Positions 31,030-45,595 of a stretch of 64,000 nt of DNA are shown piece by piece (positions within the stretch are counted from its first letter, which is position 1; each line of letters starts with the position of its first letter). The notes under the pieces were generated by a model, which ran no database searches, was not told the DNA's origin, and saw nothing but the letters and a program-made list of their open reading frames with translations. The DNA lies in the NCBI GenBank assembly GCA_951406725.2, contig OX597817.1, positions 88,970,001-89,034,000 of the forward strand. The letters are read 5' to 3'. Made by a program: the position numbers and the translations under genes. Source of the stretch: Octopus vulgaris (taxonomy: Eukaryota).

Positions 31030-31060
<31 letters not shown>

Positions 31061-31074
31061 CTATTATTATCAAA

Positions 31075-31275
31075 ACAGAATCATTGGCACACTGGACAAA
31101 ATGTCTATCGGCATTTCGTCCGCCTTCGCTTCCTGAATTTAAATACCACAGAGGTCGTCTTTGCCTTCCATCTTTTTCGGCTCGATGAAATATGTACCAG
31201 TTAAGCACTGGGGTCGATATAATCAAGTAACACCCTCCCCAAAATTTCAGGTCTTGTGTTTATAATAAAAAGGAT
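31075..31275 (-). mobile_element. SINE family B fragments (mixed orientation)
   Basis: GTACCAGTTAAGCACTGGGGTCGATATAATC core and degenerate head. Confidence 0.55.
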
Positions 31276-31357
31276 TCTTCTTCTTCTTCTTCTTCTTCTT
31301 CTTCTTCTTCTTCTTCTTCTTCTTCTTCTTCTTCTTCTTCTTCTTCTTCTTCTTCTT

Positions 31358-31450
<93 letters not shown>

Positions 31451-31455
<5 letters not shown>

Positions 31456-32065
31456 ACTGTTCAATGTCTCGCACAGAAAGAGTACAAGCGCAGACACCAC
31501 AAGGTAGCCCAACACCTCCACCGGTTACTATGCCGGAAGTATGGATACGAAGTAATGGGTGCTTGGTACCAGCATATACCGCAAAAGGTAATGGACGAAA
31601 AAGGGATGACAAAAATTCTCTTGGACTTTGATTTTCAGACAGACAAAATGTCAGAGCACCGAAGGCCGGATATAGTAACAAGAGTGCCTTATAATCGACG
31701 TGGCAGTGCCAAAAGATCAACATATCATGAAAGAAAGAGAAAAGATTGTTAAATATGGAGACCTGAGATTTGAGATCGCCAAGATATGGCAGCTACGAGA
31801 GTCATACATAAAGGTCGTCCTTGTCAGCGGAGCATTGGGTTCAATGCCATCCAACCTGAAAAAACATTTGGAAACTTTAGAAATACCCTACAATCAAAGG
31901 TGTATTGCAAAAATCGGCATTACTTGGAACTACACGCATATTGCCTGAAGTACTGTCTGTCAAAGATCTATGCTGTGACTTGACAGACAGTACAAGTCCC
32001 CGGTAGACACAATATCTTCAATGAACAGCATCACGATATTGGATACTGTGCGACGGCTTAAGTAA
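31451..32065 (+). mobile_element. R4/Dong-like 3' fragment
   Basis: KEYKRRH, ILLDFDFQTDKMSEHRRPDIV, KYGDLRFEI, GALG; followed by (TAA)/(TGA)n. Confidence 0.8.
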
Positions 32066-32088
32066 CAATAACAACAACATTAATAATA

Positions 32089-32141
<53 letters not shown>

Positions 32142-32159
32142 AATAATAATAATAATAAC

Positions 32160-32720
32160 GGTTTCAAATTTTGCCTCGAGGGCAGCCATTTTGGGAGAGG
32201 GGATTAGTCGATTGCAACGATCCCAGTGCGTAACTGGTACTTAATTTATCGACCCCGAAAGGATGAAACGCAAAGTTAACCTCAGCGAAATTTGAACTCC
32301 TAACGTAGCGAGAGACGAAATACCTATTTCTTTACTACTCACAAGGGGCTAAACATAGAGAGGACAAACAAGGACAGACAAACGGATTAAGTCGATCATA
32401 CCGACCCCAGTGCGTAACTGGTACTTATTTAATCGACCCCGAAAGAATGAAAGATAAAGTCGACCTCGGCGGAATTTGAACTCAGAACGTAGCGGCAGAC
32501 GAAATACCGCTAAGCATTTCGCCTGGCGTGCTAACGATTTGCCAACTTGCCACCTAATAATAATAACAATTCTTTCTACTATAGGCAAAAGGCCTGAAAT
32601 TTGAGGAATGGTGACTCCTGTGCTCAACAGGTACTTACTTCATCGATCCCGAAAGGATGAAAGGCAATGTCGACCTCGGTGGAATTTGCACTCAGAACGT
32701 AACGACAGATGAAATACCAA
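32160..32720 (-). mobile_element. SINE family B (Meta-core-like) cluster with internal tandem unit
   Basis: Repeated GACCCCAGTGCGTAACTGGTACTTA...CGACCCCGAAAGGATGAAAGGCAAAGTCGACCTCGGCGGAATTTGAACTCAGAAC. Confidence 0.85.
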
Positions 32721-32759
32721 TAATAATAATAATGCTGTCTACTACAGGTGCAAGAAGAA

Positions 32760-33930
32760 CATACTCAGAGTAGGTCCATTCAGCCTCTCCGGTTTTCCCC
32801 CTGACATCCAACCCCCAATAAATACACTGGAAGGCAGCAAGTACCTCTATATCCCCATGATGTTTTAAGAAATTGATGTGAGCTTGACTAGATATAAAAG
32901 TGCCTGTCCTCAAATCTTTGAAACGGGTCCACTATATATCCTCTCTCGCCATAGCCACTAAGCAGAAAAATCTGTTTCCCATCCAGGCCAAAGAAAGGTG
33001 GTATGTTGATCTTACTGCACACTCAGCTGACAGCCGGATTCATCTTACACGAGACTGCAGCTGCTCGACGCAAGCCACCAAGTCGCTAATGCACGGATAC
33101 TGAACGATTGCGTGCGGGGCGGTTTTGTCCTCCTGCATTCATCTCGGACAGGACCGACTGTTCAAGCTGCCATGCCTGAAGAGCTTGTTTCGAACAGGTA
33201 ATGCCTCCTTGTAGCACTGTCTTGCCAAGGACTTTTTGAAACTGTCCATTGTATTCGACCCGAAAGTCCTCCGAAAGAGATCACCCAGACTATCCTCGTC
33301 GATACCCAGAGTCAATGCTAGGCTATCATTCCTCAAACTCTCAACTAACTCCATCCGCCCCTAGAAATAGTAAGCTGTTTTCCCGTTAACGGCGTTGTCC
33401 AACCGTTTCAATGTTGTGAGCGTCTGGTAACATGCTAGATGCCAAACGCCCAATCTTGATCTCCGTTTGACCTACGACTCAGCCTGGTCAACGAGACGAG
33501 ATGTAAAAAGACATGTCGTACGAAAGACGCCCACACCGGTTTGCTCCTGTTGTCGTCGTTGACACCATCGAGATGATTCGGATATTTCTGCAGCTACCAC
33601 AGATCGTGCCAGTACATCACCAAAGAAGGAATTTGGAGACTATGACGGAGTGGGTGTTGTAAGCAGATGAATTTCCTGACCATCGGAACCTGATTTGTTC
33701 ATAAGAATCAGAAAAGTAAGCATTCCAATCTGGACTGAATTGGGATAAGGTACGGAAGTCAGGCGGTAGTACACCACTGAATTTTTCCATTCGGCCAGTC
33801 AGAAATAGGTTCTCCTCACCCCATTTCTGTGTAAGATCGGCAACCCTGCTTGTAACATTCCCAGTTTCTGTTCACTTGGAGTTCTGGTCCGAACCAGACT
33901 CCGAACACTTTCACAAGACCTTAGTCCAGC
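32760..33930 (-). mobile_element. Tx1-like LINE ORF2 3' fragment, degenerate
   Basis: FRRTFGSNTMDSFKKSLARQCYKEALPVRNKLFRHG..SCPR is homologous to ORF 12-1178. Confidence 0.8.
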
Positions 33931-35091
33931 GACAGAAATCACCTGCTTGGTGTCAAATTTTTACACAAGACCAGCAATATTAGGATAGGGGTTGGTTGCT
34001 TACAACGATTTCACTACTCAACTAGTTCTTATTCTATCGACTCCGCAATGATAAAAGGCAAATGCAACCAAAGTGGACGTTGTCGGGCTTCGTAAAACAA
34101 AGTACCAGTCAAGTATTTGGGTGGTGGTGGTGGTGGGGAGGGTCAGTGGTATCAACTAGCCTCAGTCTGCTCAAAAGTTACTGGTCTTCATTAGAAATTA
34201 GAAGCCATTATCATAATGAATTATTTAAATTTTTGTCTTTCGTTTTTGTCATTTCTCTTGCTTGGTCGCTTTTTTTATGTTAACCTCACACTGTACCGAC
34301 CTGCATTGTTTGGTGGCATTTAGTTATATCTCCCTATGTCCTGGATCGAGATGCCACAGAAGTCAACCTTCCGGATCCGGTAAAAATGGAGTATCAGTTA
34401 TACATTGGTGTTAATTTAATGGACACTATAGCACCCACTCCCACCTATCACCACCGCATGTAATTTTGTGCCTAGTATTGTTGACCTTGATGATTTTGCT
34501 GACAGCTAACTCGGACTGTTTTTGTCGGTCACTACCCTGCCAACCACCACCCCGCCAACAACCAACCGCCAACCACCACCACCACCACCACCACCACCAC
34601 TAAAATCATCATCATAATCGTCGTCGTCATTATTGCTACTACACTCTCTCCATCAACCCCACCATCATCCCCGCCATCAATCCCTCCCCCACCGACACTA
34701 CCATCACCACCATCAACACCATTATCTTCTCACTCCTGCCGTGCAACTACCACCGGATATCCTTTCTATCTCCGGTGTTTCACGTCTCATCAATACTGTC
34801 AGGGCAGCAGCAGTCACTGTAGTAGTAGTAGTAGTAGTAGTAGTAGTATATGCAACAACAACAATAACTGTAACAGCTGCAATATCAGCTGCAGTAACAT
34901 CAACTGGAACGATAGCAATTGCATCAATAATAAAAAACAGCAGCAGCAGCAGCACCAACAACAGTTGTAATATCAGAAGCAGCAGTAGGGACAGCAGCAA
35001 CAACAGCAGAAGCAGCAATGGGAACGGCAGCAGCAACGATGAGAGTAGCAGCAGTAGGAAACGAAGAAGCAGCAGCAGCTGAAATAGGATT

Positions 35092-35140
<49 letters not shown>

Positions 35141-35623
35141 AACAGCAGCAGCAGCAGAAACAGGAACAGGAACAGCAGCAGCAGCAACAGGGAGCAGGCC
35201 GCCATTGTTGTCTGGTGTCAACGACCTCGTTGCTGTAAGCCAGACAGTAACACTACCACCGCCACAACTGCCAGCGCATCCCTAAAATATTACCACCACC
35301 ACAACACTACTACAACCTATACTAGCATCTCAACCAGCACCACCGCTTCACTACTACCAGTAGCGCCTCCAAACATCACTAACTCCATAACAATTACTAC
35401 CACACTAACCAGCACCACCAATACTGTTGCTGGCACTTAAACTGTAATCAGCACAGCTACTAAGCCATCCCAAACACCAGTCTTAATTATTATCATCGCT
35501 ATACTAGAGACTATCCGAACAATTAGTAGACAAAGCCTCCCCTCTAGGGGTATTTATAATCTAAAAATAGTAGCATATATAGCTAGCTCATTGCACCCAT
35601 TGGCAATAAACACTACTTCCATG

Positions 35624-35654
<31 letters not shown>

Positions 35655-35901
35655 AAAAAGCTACAAGCTGTAGCATGACCGCCATTTACTAGAAATATCA
35701 CAAAAATCGTCGCCGCCTTCTGCTTCACCGCCACCGCCAACATTATCTCATTACATCACCACAACAAATGCAACCAGCAGTAGCAACCGCCGCCGTCGCC
35801 GTCGGCACCACCACCACCACCACCACTGTTGTTTTACTCTCTACCAGACCATCAATTCTACCACATCTCTCTCTTTCTCACTGTCCCTCATTCTCTTTGC
35901 T

Positions 35902-35961
<60 letters not shown>

Positions 35962-36396
35962 TCTCTCTTTCCCTCCCGCTTTACCCTTCCGTCTATCTCT
36001 CTCCTTCTCGCTGTCACACTCCCCGTCTTACACAGTCACTCCCATCTCGTCAGTCCTCTCCCTATCACACCCTCCTAGATTGACACCAGGCATCTTTTCA
36101 TTCACAGCTGTCTCACATACTCCACTTCACAGCGAGTCTATGCGCGAGCCCGCATGCATATGTGTGTGTGTGTGTGTGTCTGCGTGCGTGTATATGTATA
36201 TATTCTAGTTCAGATTGGTCTCACGCACACACACAGAGATGGATATATAGAGAGACGAACACATATATACGTATGCATATATATAATATATACATACATG
36301 GGATGTATAATATACATATATATATAATATATATGTATATGTATATATGTATATATACTTAAAGCACACACACAAACCGTATATATATACACACAA

Positions 36397-36474
<78 letters not shown>

Positions 36475-37084
36475 AAAATATATACCCACACATACATACA
36501 CATACACACGCGCACACACACATACACATATAAATGTGTGTGCTTGTGTGAATTGGCACGAAACTCTACGTACTTCAGCAAGTTAAGTATTCTGAGCTAA
36601 TAAGAAGAATTGTATGCATACGTATATGTATATGTATGTTTTCACCCCCTCCAAACACACACACATACATACACATATATAGTTGAAATTTAAAAAAAAA
36701 CAAAAGCGAAGACAGGTATATATCTATATCTATCTATCTATATATATATATATTTATATCTATATCTATATCTATACACACACACACACATATATGTAAA
36801 CATCCACTTCAACAACACTTTATCATCACGACTTCCTTCGCCCCACCGCCCCGACGAGAAAACGCAGCCGTCACCAGAACATACTCTGATTCCACCACCG
36901 TTGACACCGCTGCCGCCGCCACTACCATCACCACCACCACCACTATTACTAGGAGTTTTTCTACTACTGCTACTGCTACTACATGTCATCAAATATGCTC
37001 CCCTACCACCCAACATCCCTGTAGCAAACCCTCATAACACACTCATTTACTGACAAACTTACCCCTCTCACTATTATGTACATG

Positions 37085-37426
37085 CACACAAACACACACA
37101 CAGAGAAAAAAAACACACACACACACACAGACACAGAAAAACACACACACACACAGAAACACACACACACAGAAACACACACGCACAGAAACACACACAC
37201 ACACAGAGAAACACACACACACACACAGAAACACACACACAGAAACACACACACACAGAAACAGAAACACACACATACACAGAGAAACACACACACACAC
37301 AGAGAAACACACACACACACACAGAAACACACACAGAGAAACACACACACACACAGAGAAACACACACACACAGAAACACACACACACAGAAACACACAC
37401 ACACACAGAAACACACACACACACAG

Positions 37427-37457
<31 letters not shown>

Positions 37458-37500
37458 CACACACACACAGAAACACACACACAGAGAAACACACACATAC
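37085..37500. repeat. (CA)n-GAAA variant minisatellite
   Basis: Repeats of ACACACACAGAA/ACAGAGAA. Confidence 0.9.
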
Positions 37501-37975
37501 ACACGCTTGCAATACTTTCGCATGTTCAGTTGTTCACAGTTTAAGACATACTGAATAGGTATTTTTTTTATTTTGCACATGGCTACATACACATACACGC
37601 ATGAATGCATACGTACATACACACATATACACACTTTTCGGTCATATAAGTGTATGAGCGCGTGTGACTATGTGTATATATATATATATATCTACACATA
37701 CAAACTTGTAAGTATGTGTGTATGTATGTATGCTTGTATGTATGTATACACGCATATACATACACGTTTTCACTTTCGTACATCTGTATTGTTTATGTGG
37801 AGAAGTTTTTGTATTGAACCCATTTCAATACACGGATATTGTGCGTGCGAATATTCCTTTATATAGTCACTATACATACATACATACATACATACATACA
37901 TACATACATACTTACATACATACATACATACATGCATACATACATACGTACTTACATACATACATACATACATAC

Positions 37976-38010
<35 letters not shown>

Positions 38011-38179
38011 CATACATGGTATATATAATATAAATATATATATATATAAATTATATATATATATATATTATATATTTATGTATGTATGCATATATATGTT
38101 TATATAGAATATATACTTATATCTACATACGCACACATATATATATATACGTACACACATATACAGCTGTGTATAAGTA

Positions 38180-38292
<113 letters not shown>

Positions 38293-39309
38293 GCCTGCCT
38301 GTCTGTCTATCTGCTTGCCTGTCTGTCTGTCTATCTGCCTGCCTGTCTGTCTATCGCCGTGTCTCTGCGTGTATTTTGTCTTTCTTGGTGACATTTCAAG
38401 TAGGTGGATGTAGACATGTACGGTATATGCGAGGGTAATTGTGTACGTTTGTATGTAAGCATGTATATATGTGTAAGCGCATGCGATTGCATTTTTAGTG
38501 CATATGTATGCATCATACATGTGTGTGTATGTATTTGTATGTGTATGCAGTTGTGTGTGTGTGTGTATGTACATTGTATGAGCCTATTACAGAAGGCAGA
38601 CATACTGTCTTTCATTCCTTCACTATCCTCGCTTACCATGTCTTCTCTCAATCCCTTACCACACACACACACACACACAAACACTCACACACACAGCATT
38701 GCCACTCTCTTACTCAATCTGTCATCAGTCATCATCACTCTCGCCAACACCTTTGCCTTCGCAACACTTAACACACACATACACACGCACACATACATAC
38801 ACGTACACTCCACACACACACATACACACTCACATATCTGTATATTTATATGTATACACAGAGAAATAATTATGTACATATACCCATACGTTTATGTATT
38901 AATGCAAACACATACTTATAGAAGCACAGTGTTATATACACACATACAGACACACACACACACACACAACACATACACACACACCTAGATTAAGGTACAC
39001 ATGCATAAATTCACACACAGATACACAAGTATTGATAAAGATGCGCTTAGATAGACATACGCCGTTGCTAGCTTAGACGTTGTCAAAAGTCAGAGGTGCA
39101 CACATTTACACATATGGATGTACACATAGTCACATATATGTACACATAGAAACATATATACTACTGACATCCATCATATACATGAATAGATAGATAGATA
39201 GATAGATAGATATATTGCCTTCGTCTTTTGTCTATTTTCATAAAGCTTCCCGTTATATAGATACATACATACATAAATACATACATAAATACATACATAC
39301 ATACATACA

Positions 39310-39343
<34 letters not shown>

Positions 39344-40069
39344 AATGCATGCTTTAATATACATACATTGATGCTAACATCCATAAACATACATACATAA
39401 AAATACATGCATAAATGCACACATTGACACATATATAGATTCACAGATAGCTACATACACAGATGCAAACATTGACGCACAAATATATTTATATATATAT
39501 ATATGTCCCCTGAGTAATCTCCCTTCCTCTTCGTCTTTTTTGTATCTTATCGTCGTCCGTCACCCAGCTCTAATTTGTCACATTATATATAACACTGCAA
39601 AGCATTGCCCAACACCACATCACACTACATCACAGTGTACCATACCACACAATGCCACATTTAACTGTACTGCAACATAACACAATACTACACAACAATA
39701 CATTCGTCGTCGTTCTCACGTATCGTGCTCTTATTGCTGCGCGTTGATGACTCTACAATGAAGTCTTCCCGATTAAGCGTGATTTCTCCCATAATATGAA
39801 GCCACAGCATTACTCCGTTCTGATTCTCTCATTGTCTTTTCTTGGCAAGGATATCATAAGTGGTTTGCCATTACCTTCCCCAACTGGATGGCCGTTCGCC
39901 CACAAGGAGCACAACTACCCTTTGACGTATATTGGTTTTTAGTTTTGCTGTGTGTCCAGGTACCGTCCTCACAAGAGTAGCGTGCTACTATTCTAGTAGG
40001 GAAGCCGGTTTAGTCGCCGGTCACTCGACCATTGAACACGTGGTACTGGCTTACATGGTACCAGTAGCA

Positions 40070-40225
40070 GCCATGCTGGAGCACCGTCTTAAAGGGTTTT
40101 AGTCGAACAAAATCGGCACCAGGACTTATTCTTTGTAAGCCTAGTACTTATTCTACGGGTCTCTTTTGCTGAACCGCTAGGTACGGGACACCAGCATCAG
40201 GTGTCAAGCAATGGCTGGGGGACAA

Positions 40226-40256
<31 letters not shown>

Positions 40257-40387
40257 CATACACGACGGACTTCTTCCAGTTTCCATCTACCAAATCTATT
40301 CACAAGGCTTGTCCAAGGTGCCACACAATGTGACTGAACCCAGAACCATGTGGTTGGGAAGCAATCTTCTTACCACACAGCCACGCC
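40070..40387 (-). mobile_element. SINE family A
   Basis: CCAAGGTGCCAC..ACTGAACCCAGAACCATGTGGTTGGGAAGC..CTTACCACACAGCCACGCC. Confidence 0.85.
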
Positions 40388-40396
40388 ATATATATA

Positions 40397-40776
40397 TCTC
40401 TCTCTATATAAACGGCAGTTTGTCTGTGTGTGTTTCTGTGTGTCTGTTTTCTCGTACCCTCACTCTGACCATGGCTTTCAACCGATTCTGATGAAACTTG
40501 ACACACACATAGCCCAATGTCATAATTCAAAACTAACGCAGCGAAAATTTTGAAAAGTTCCCCCAGTTCTGAAAAAATCGATAAATTCGACATGGGGTCG
40601 AGAATCAGAAACACAAACCACAGACTGTCATGGGGACGCAACTCGACCTTTTTAACTCTCAAAAATATTTACCATAATTTTTTTTCCAGTTTTTTCTATT
40701 TTTTGGCTATAACTCCCTAAAAATGCTTTATAGTTATTTCCCTTACAAACCCGAGCAACGCCGGGCGATACTGCTA

Positions 40777-40777
<1 letters not shown>
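40397..40777 (+). mobile_element. Non-autonomous Helitron
   Basis: 5' A|TC start, subterminal hairpin CCCG-AGCAACGC-CGGG, 3' CTAG|T end, no target duplication, within (TA)n. Confidence 0.75.
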
Positions 40778-40824
<47 letters not shown>

Positions 40825-42042
40825 CATCACATCACATCGCACTATATGTACCACATAACGTCACACAACGAGACATTCATACAACAAAATACACAACGTT
40901 GTAAGACGCCGTATAAGACTACGATGAAGTACAACATAGCTCAGCGCACCACACAACATCGCAACCACAACACAACATATCACAGTGTATCACACCTCAC
41001 AACATCATGTCATTTTACACTACACAACACCACAAAATACTACAACACAACACAACCGCTAAACAAACACATCTCTCCGCCTCATAACCTATAACACTCA
41101 CCGTTTTTTTTATCGTCTTCTCCTCACCTCTGCCACGCCCCCTGTCTGCCTGTTTTCCTCTCACCCTCTCTCACTCTCTCTCTCTCTCTCTCATACATAT
41201 ATGCACATATAAATACCCTCTCTTATTCACTCCTCTAAAAACACTGCCTGTCTACGCTGTCCCTATTATCCACCAACCACACACACACACTTGTCTCAGC
41301 CAATCACCTTCCAACGTCTCTTACTACTACTACTACAACAACAACAACAACAACTACTACTACTACTTGCTGCCTCGATTTCAAGTTTTCAAGGTCAAGG
41401 CAATAAATGCAAAAATCGCACAAGTAAAAAAAAAAATTAATTACCATCATCACCATCACTACCACTTCTTCTTCTTCTTTCCACTTCCTCCTCCTCCTCC
41501 TCCTCCTCCTCCTTCTTCTACCACCTCTACCACCATCATCATCACTATTAATATTACTTTCACATATGTCATCACAGCCAACACAACTAAAATCTACAGA
41601 AGAATGGTCTTAGCTAGAAGGCCTTTGATTATTGGTCTTCTCAATAATAGTAGCCTAGAGCTAAACAACAAAAAACAACAACCGAAACAACAACAACAAC
41701 AACTGCAACAACATCAAACTCCATTATTACCATCCGTATAAGCATCATCACTATCACTATCATCATCATTGCTACCCTCGTTACTTGTACCACCACCTCA
41801 TCCTCGCCTGCCCCTCCTTCTCATCATCATCATCGTATCATCATCATCAACCTCACCACTTCAACGAGTGGTTGCTCGACCTGCAAGAAATAGCAGCCAA
41901 AGAATCCAACAATCTAAGAGGAATTAGTCAATGAACAAGAAGAGAGTAATCGAAGGAACATCGTTACGGTGTGACTAGCGATGAAAATTGCCTTTGACCT
42001 TTTCTTCAAGACAAGAAGGATGCATACTTTGGGCAGTGTGTA

Positions 42043-42101
<59 letters not shown>

Positions 42102-42499
42102 GCGTGTATGTGTGCATGTGTGGGTGTGTGAGTGCGTGGCAACAACGCCATAGCTGGGGTCTTTCATTGATAGCAACAAGCAGGTGCTATCCAATACCAC
42201 TTAAATATGTTCCAGTTTTTCAGCAAGTGACAGACAAGAGTCAGTGGAGTTAGTTACTTCGATAGTCTGCCACAACTCTTGCTGGAAGGTAAAATACTGT
42301 CAAAAGCCGATTTCTGCTGCTGAGGATGTGTTAATCAGCGGTTCTAGGAGCAAATCACTGGACTGTGTGATCTGCTTTTCGAACTGTTTTGTACCATATG
42401 AAATCTTTTTGCTTCTGTGATAGATGCCTATCGTAACTGGAACCAGTCTAACAAAATCAAAATTGAATTATTCATGGAGATGCGGCACTGATGAAGAAT

Positions 42500-43440
42500 A
42501 ATTGGGGGGGGGCAAAGTAGGCAACTTTAGTCCCATAACACTGGTAAACACCGAGTTAAATACTTTAGCAAAGGTGATCGTTATGAGGTGGGCACGAGCA
42601 CTAGGGTCGATAATGAGAAATTCGCAAACCTCCAACAACCTCTACATCAGTACTAGATCTATCTCAGGTGAGGACCTGATCGTTATAAGCCAACCTCATA
42701 ATAGCTACCAGCCGGTTTCAATCTCGTCTTCAGAGGCTGGATTGCTACAATGTTTTGCAGCATTTGTTCAGTGGCCAGACTAAATAAATGTGTCACGTTG
42801 AGATTGCTTCCTACCATACACTCAGTCCATGAATGTTTTAGCACTGAAAACGCTGTTAGGAAAGTTGGAAATATTGAGAGGCATGCAGTTCGAACTGTGA
42901 CAGGAAAGTCGTATCTTCATATACAGTCGACGTCATTGTGTTGGAATATCTTAAATCTTGCTGCTCGGCTAATTATCATAGAAGTACTAGGTGATAATAT
43001 GAACTCACATTAATCAAGCAGGGGTGGGGGGCTTGCGACTCGGTATCTGGTGAGTCCAGTCCATGCAGTTCTGTGGATTCTGTCGCCGGACCGACGTTCC
43101 GATTAAATTGCTTGGAGTTTGGTTCAGTTCGGACTGCTAGGTGGGTAAAAAGAAGACATTGTGAGTAGGGTTACTAGTTTCACTTAGAAATGTGCTGAGA
43201 AGAAACTATCCTTCATGAAAAGTAAAATGGTGAAGGCTAGGATTGAAATCGCTTTAGTACTTCTACTTTCGCCAGTGCTTCTACTACAATGATTTCTATG
43301 AGCAATTGATCAGATAGGAGTGTGTATTCTTTCACTTTCTGTGAAACTGACAGCTTCCACTGGTCAAAAGATCTATCTTCTACCTATACATAGTCCAATG
43401 TGGTATCAAGGTGCCGTAACTGATGATATGCTGATACTAA
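42500..43440 (+). mobile_element. Tx1-like LINE RT remnant, highly decayed
   Basis: GNFSPITLVNTELNTLAKV; LLGVWF near 43110. Confidence 0.6.
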
Positions 43441-43587
43441 AACACATGTAAAGAATCCTAAGGTGGGTGGAGTATGGTTTTTGGGTGGGTGTGTAGAAAT
43501 GTTCGAGTGCTAAATATTTTCCTGTTTTTCAATATTCTGGGGTCTGTTTTGTTATTGCAAGTGTAATTTTAATATTCTATCTGTTTA

Positions 43588-43790
43588 AGGCGGCAAGTTA
43601 TCAAGATTGTTAGCAAGCTTAGCGACATTTCGTCCGTCTTTAAGTTCTGAGTTCAAATGCTGCCGAGATCAACTTTGCATTTCGGAGTCGATAAAATAGG
43701 CACCGGTTGAGCACTGGGGCGGGGTAGATATAATCGATTTATCCCCTCTCCCGAATTTGCTGACTTTGTGTCAAAATTTAAAATCAATAT
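43588..43790 (+). mobile_element. SINE family B
   Basis: GGCGGCAAG..GTTCTGAGTTCAAAT..GTCGATAAAATAGGCACCGGTTGAGCACTGGGG. Confidence 0.75.
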
Positions 43791-43949
43791 TCTGTCTATT
43801 TATTGTATAGATTAGATGCAACATGTGCTGTGTTACTTTGTTGGGGTTGTTAGTGTGCCGTATATGTTGTATGAGTTGTGTGTGTTTTTTTAGTGTCAGC
43901 TGGCGATTCTGTAGAGTATGTATGGGTTGTGTTATATGGGTGACTGGTT

Positions 43950-44248
43950 ACAAGGGTTCCACTTGATCCGATCAACGGAGGAACAGTTTGCTCGTGAAAT
44001 TAACGTGCAAGTGACTGAGCACTCCACAAACACGCGTATCCTTAATGTATTTATCAAGGAGATTCTACGTGTCACAGAAAATGACAAGGTTATGCCTTTA
44101 AATTACAGCTACTACACATTTCTGCCAACTGAGCGGACGAGAGCAACGAGAAATAAAGTGTCTTGCTCAAAGACACAAGGCGGTTTTCGAACTTACGACC
44201 TCACGATCGTGAGTCGAATACCCCTAACCACTAAGCCACGCGCCTTCA
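43950..44248 (-). mobile_element. tRNA-derived SINE family C
   Basis: CGATCGTGAGTCGAATACCCTAACCACTAAGCCACGCGCCTTCA head on the minus strand. Confidence 0.75.
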
Positions 44249-44569
44249 TAATTAGGTGGTGATTTTGTTGAATAGTTGTTGTGCCTTCTTGTATTATATC
44301 ATTAAGTGAAGATAATGTTGAGTATTATTGGGGGGGGGGGGTGATGTACTGCATATTGTATATGTTGTGCATGCTGTGTTATTTTACTTGGCGGTAAGGA
44401 TGCAATGTATGTATGTACACCAAGAGTGTACACTGTCAGTTGTACAAGTGAATAAAAAGTGACTTGCGCATAACAGAGCTGGTTATTCTTTTGCGTTGGG
44501 TGTAGGTTTGTGATCCTTTGCATGGCTGATATGTTTTTGTTCAAGATTGTAATCGTATCTCGTGATCCA

Positions 44570-44960
44570 ATTGTTACTACTACTCTATTTTCATAACACG
44601 CATCTCGCTTGTTTCATTTCAAAATCTTTGTATTTTGATGGCTTCTCTATTTCCTCTGGAGCGATGTTTTAGTCACAAAAGATCGATATGCCTATCAGAG
44701 TAGAAAGATTCTCGTCCTTGTCATTGATAATTATTTGCCTTAAAGTCTTGTCAGTCTGGACAGACGAATTTGGTCAGATTGCTATCATATACAGTGTTTG
44801 GTGTAATTTAACATCATCCCTTCACAATTTTCACGTCGAAGGGTTGCCCATAGATACACCCGTTGATCGATTGTGACTGTGGATATATTCTGATTTGGCA
44901 GCAAGATCAGTGTTATCTTTAGAAGGGAATTCAGACATATAATTTCATATCAAAAAGCCT
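44570..44960 (-). mobile_element. R4/Dong-like endonuclease remnant
   Basis: QTDKTL.. / ..EEIEKPSKYKDFE resembles the other Dong-like 3' ends. Confidence 0.5.
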
Positions 44961-45595
44961 TTTATACTAATTGTGCTAGATTAAAACGTCTATATTTATA
45001 TTGCCCGGAGAGAAATGGAGGAACTAGCAAAAGTACATGACAAAAACTGGCTTTGTTGATAAAGTGTCGGATAGAATGCCTTGTGGTATTTGTTTCGGCT
45101 TTCTGCACTTTGAATTCAAATCCCGCCGACGTCAACTTTGCTTTCCATCTTCTGTAAACGATAACTAAAATGCCAGAGCAGATTGGTGAATAGGTAGAAT
45201 TGTTAGAGTGTCGGACGGAATGTTTCATGATGTCTGTTCCAATTCTCTGCGTTCTGAGTTCAAATTCTCTCTGGAGATTCAAAATTCCACCGGTGCCCAT
45301 GTCACCAGCCTCTTCACACACTGAGTGAAAGCTTCGAGGTAGACCATGAGGGACTGTGGAACCATCATCTCTACGTTAACTGAAAGGCATTCCATCTCAG
45401 TACAGTTATGTCATGGATATAGAGATTTTGAAGAGTAAGTTCTAGGGTATGGACCTGGCGACTCTTTCTTCTATACTATAGAATCTCACCACAAATGGCT
45501 CCCATGGTGTCAGAAATCGAAGAAGATTTTTAGACAATGAAGAAAATTGATGACGAGAACGATTTAACACCATCATTCTTAAACTGTCAAATACC

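Noticed and set aside
35018-35440. Poly-Ala/Ser/Thr ORF as a transcription-factor exon
   Set aside because: No DNA-binding domain or supporting splice sites; explained by CAG/CAC repeats.
40488-40497. CTGATGAAAC as a hammerhead core
   Set aside because: No stem II between the two core halves and no stems I or III; it lies inside the Helitron.
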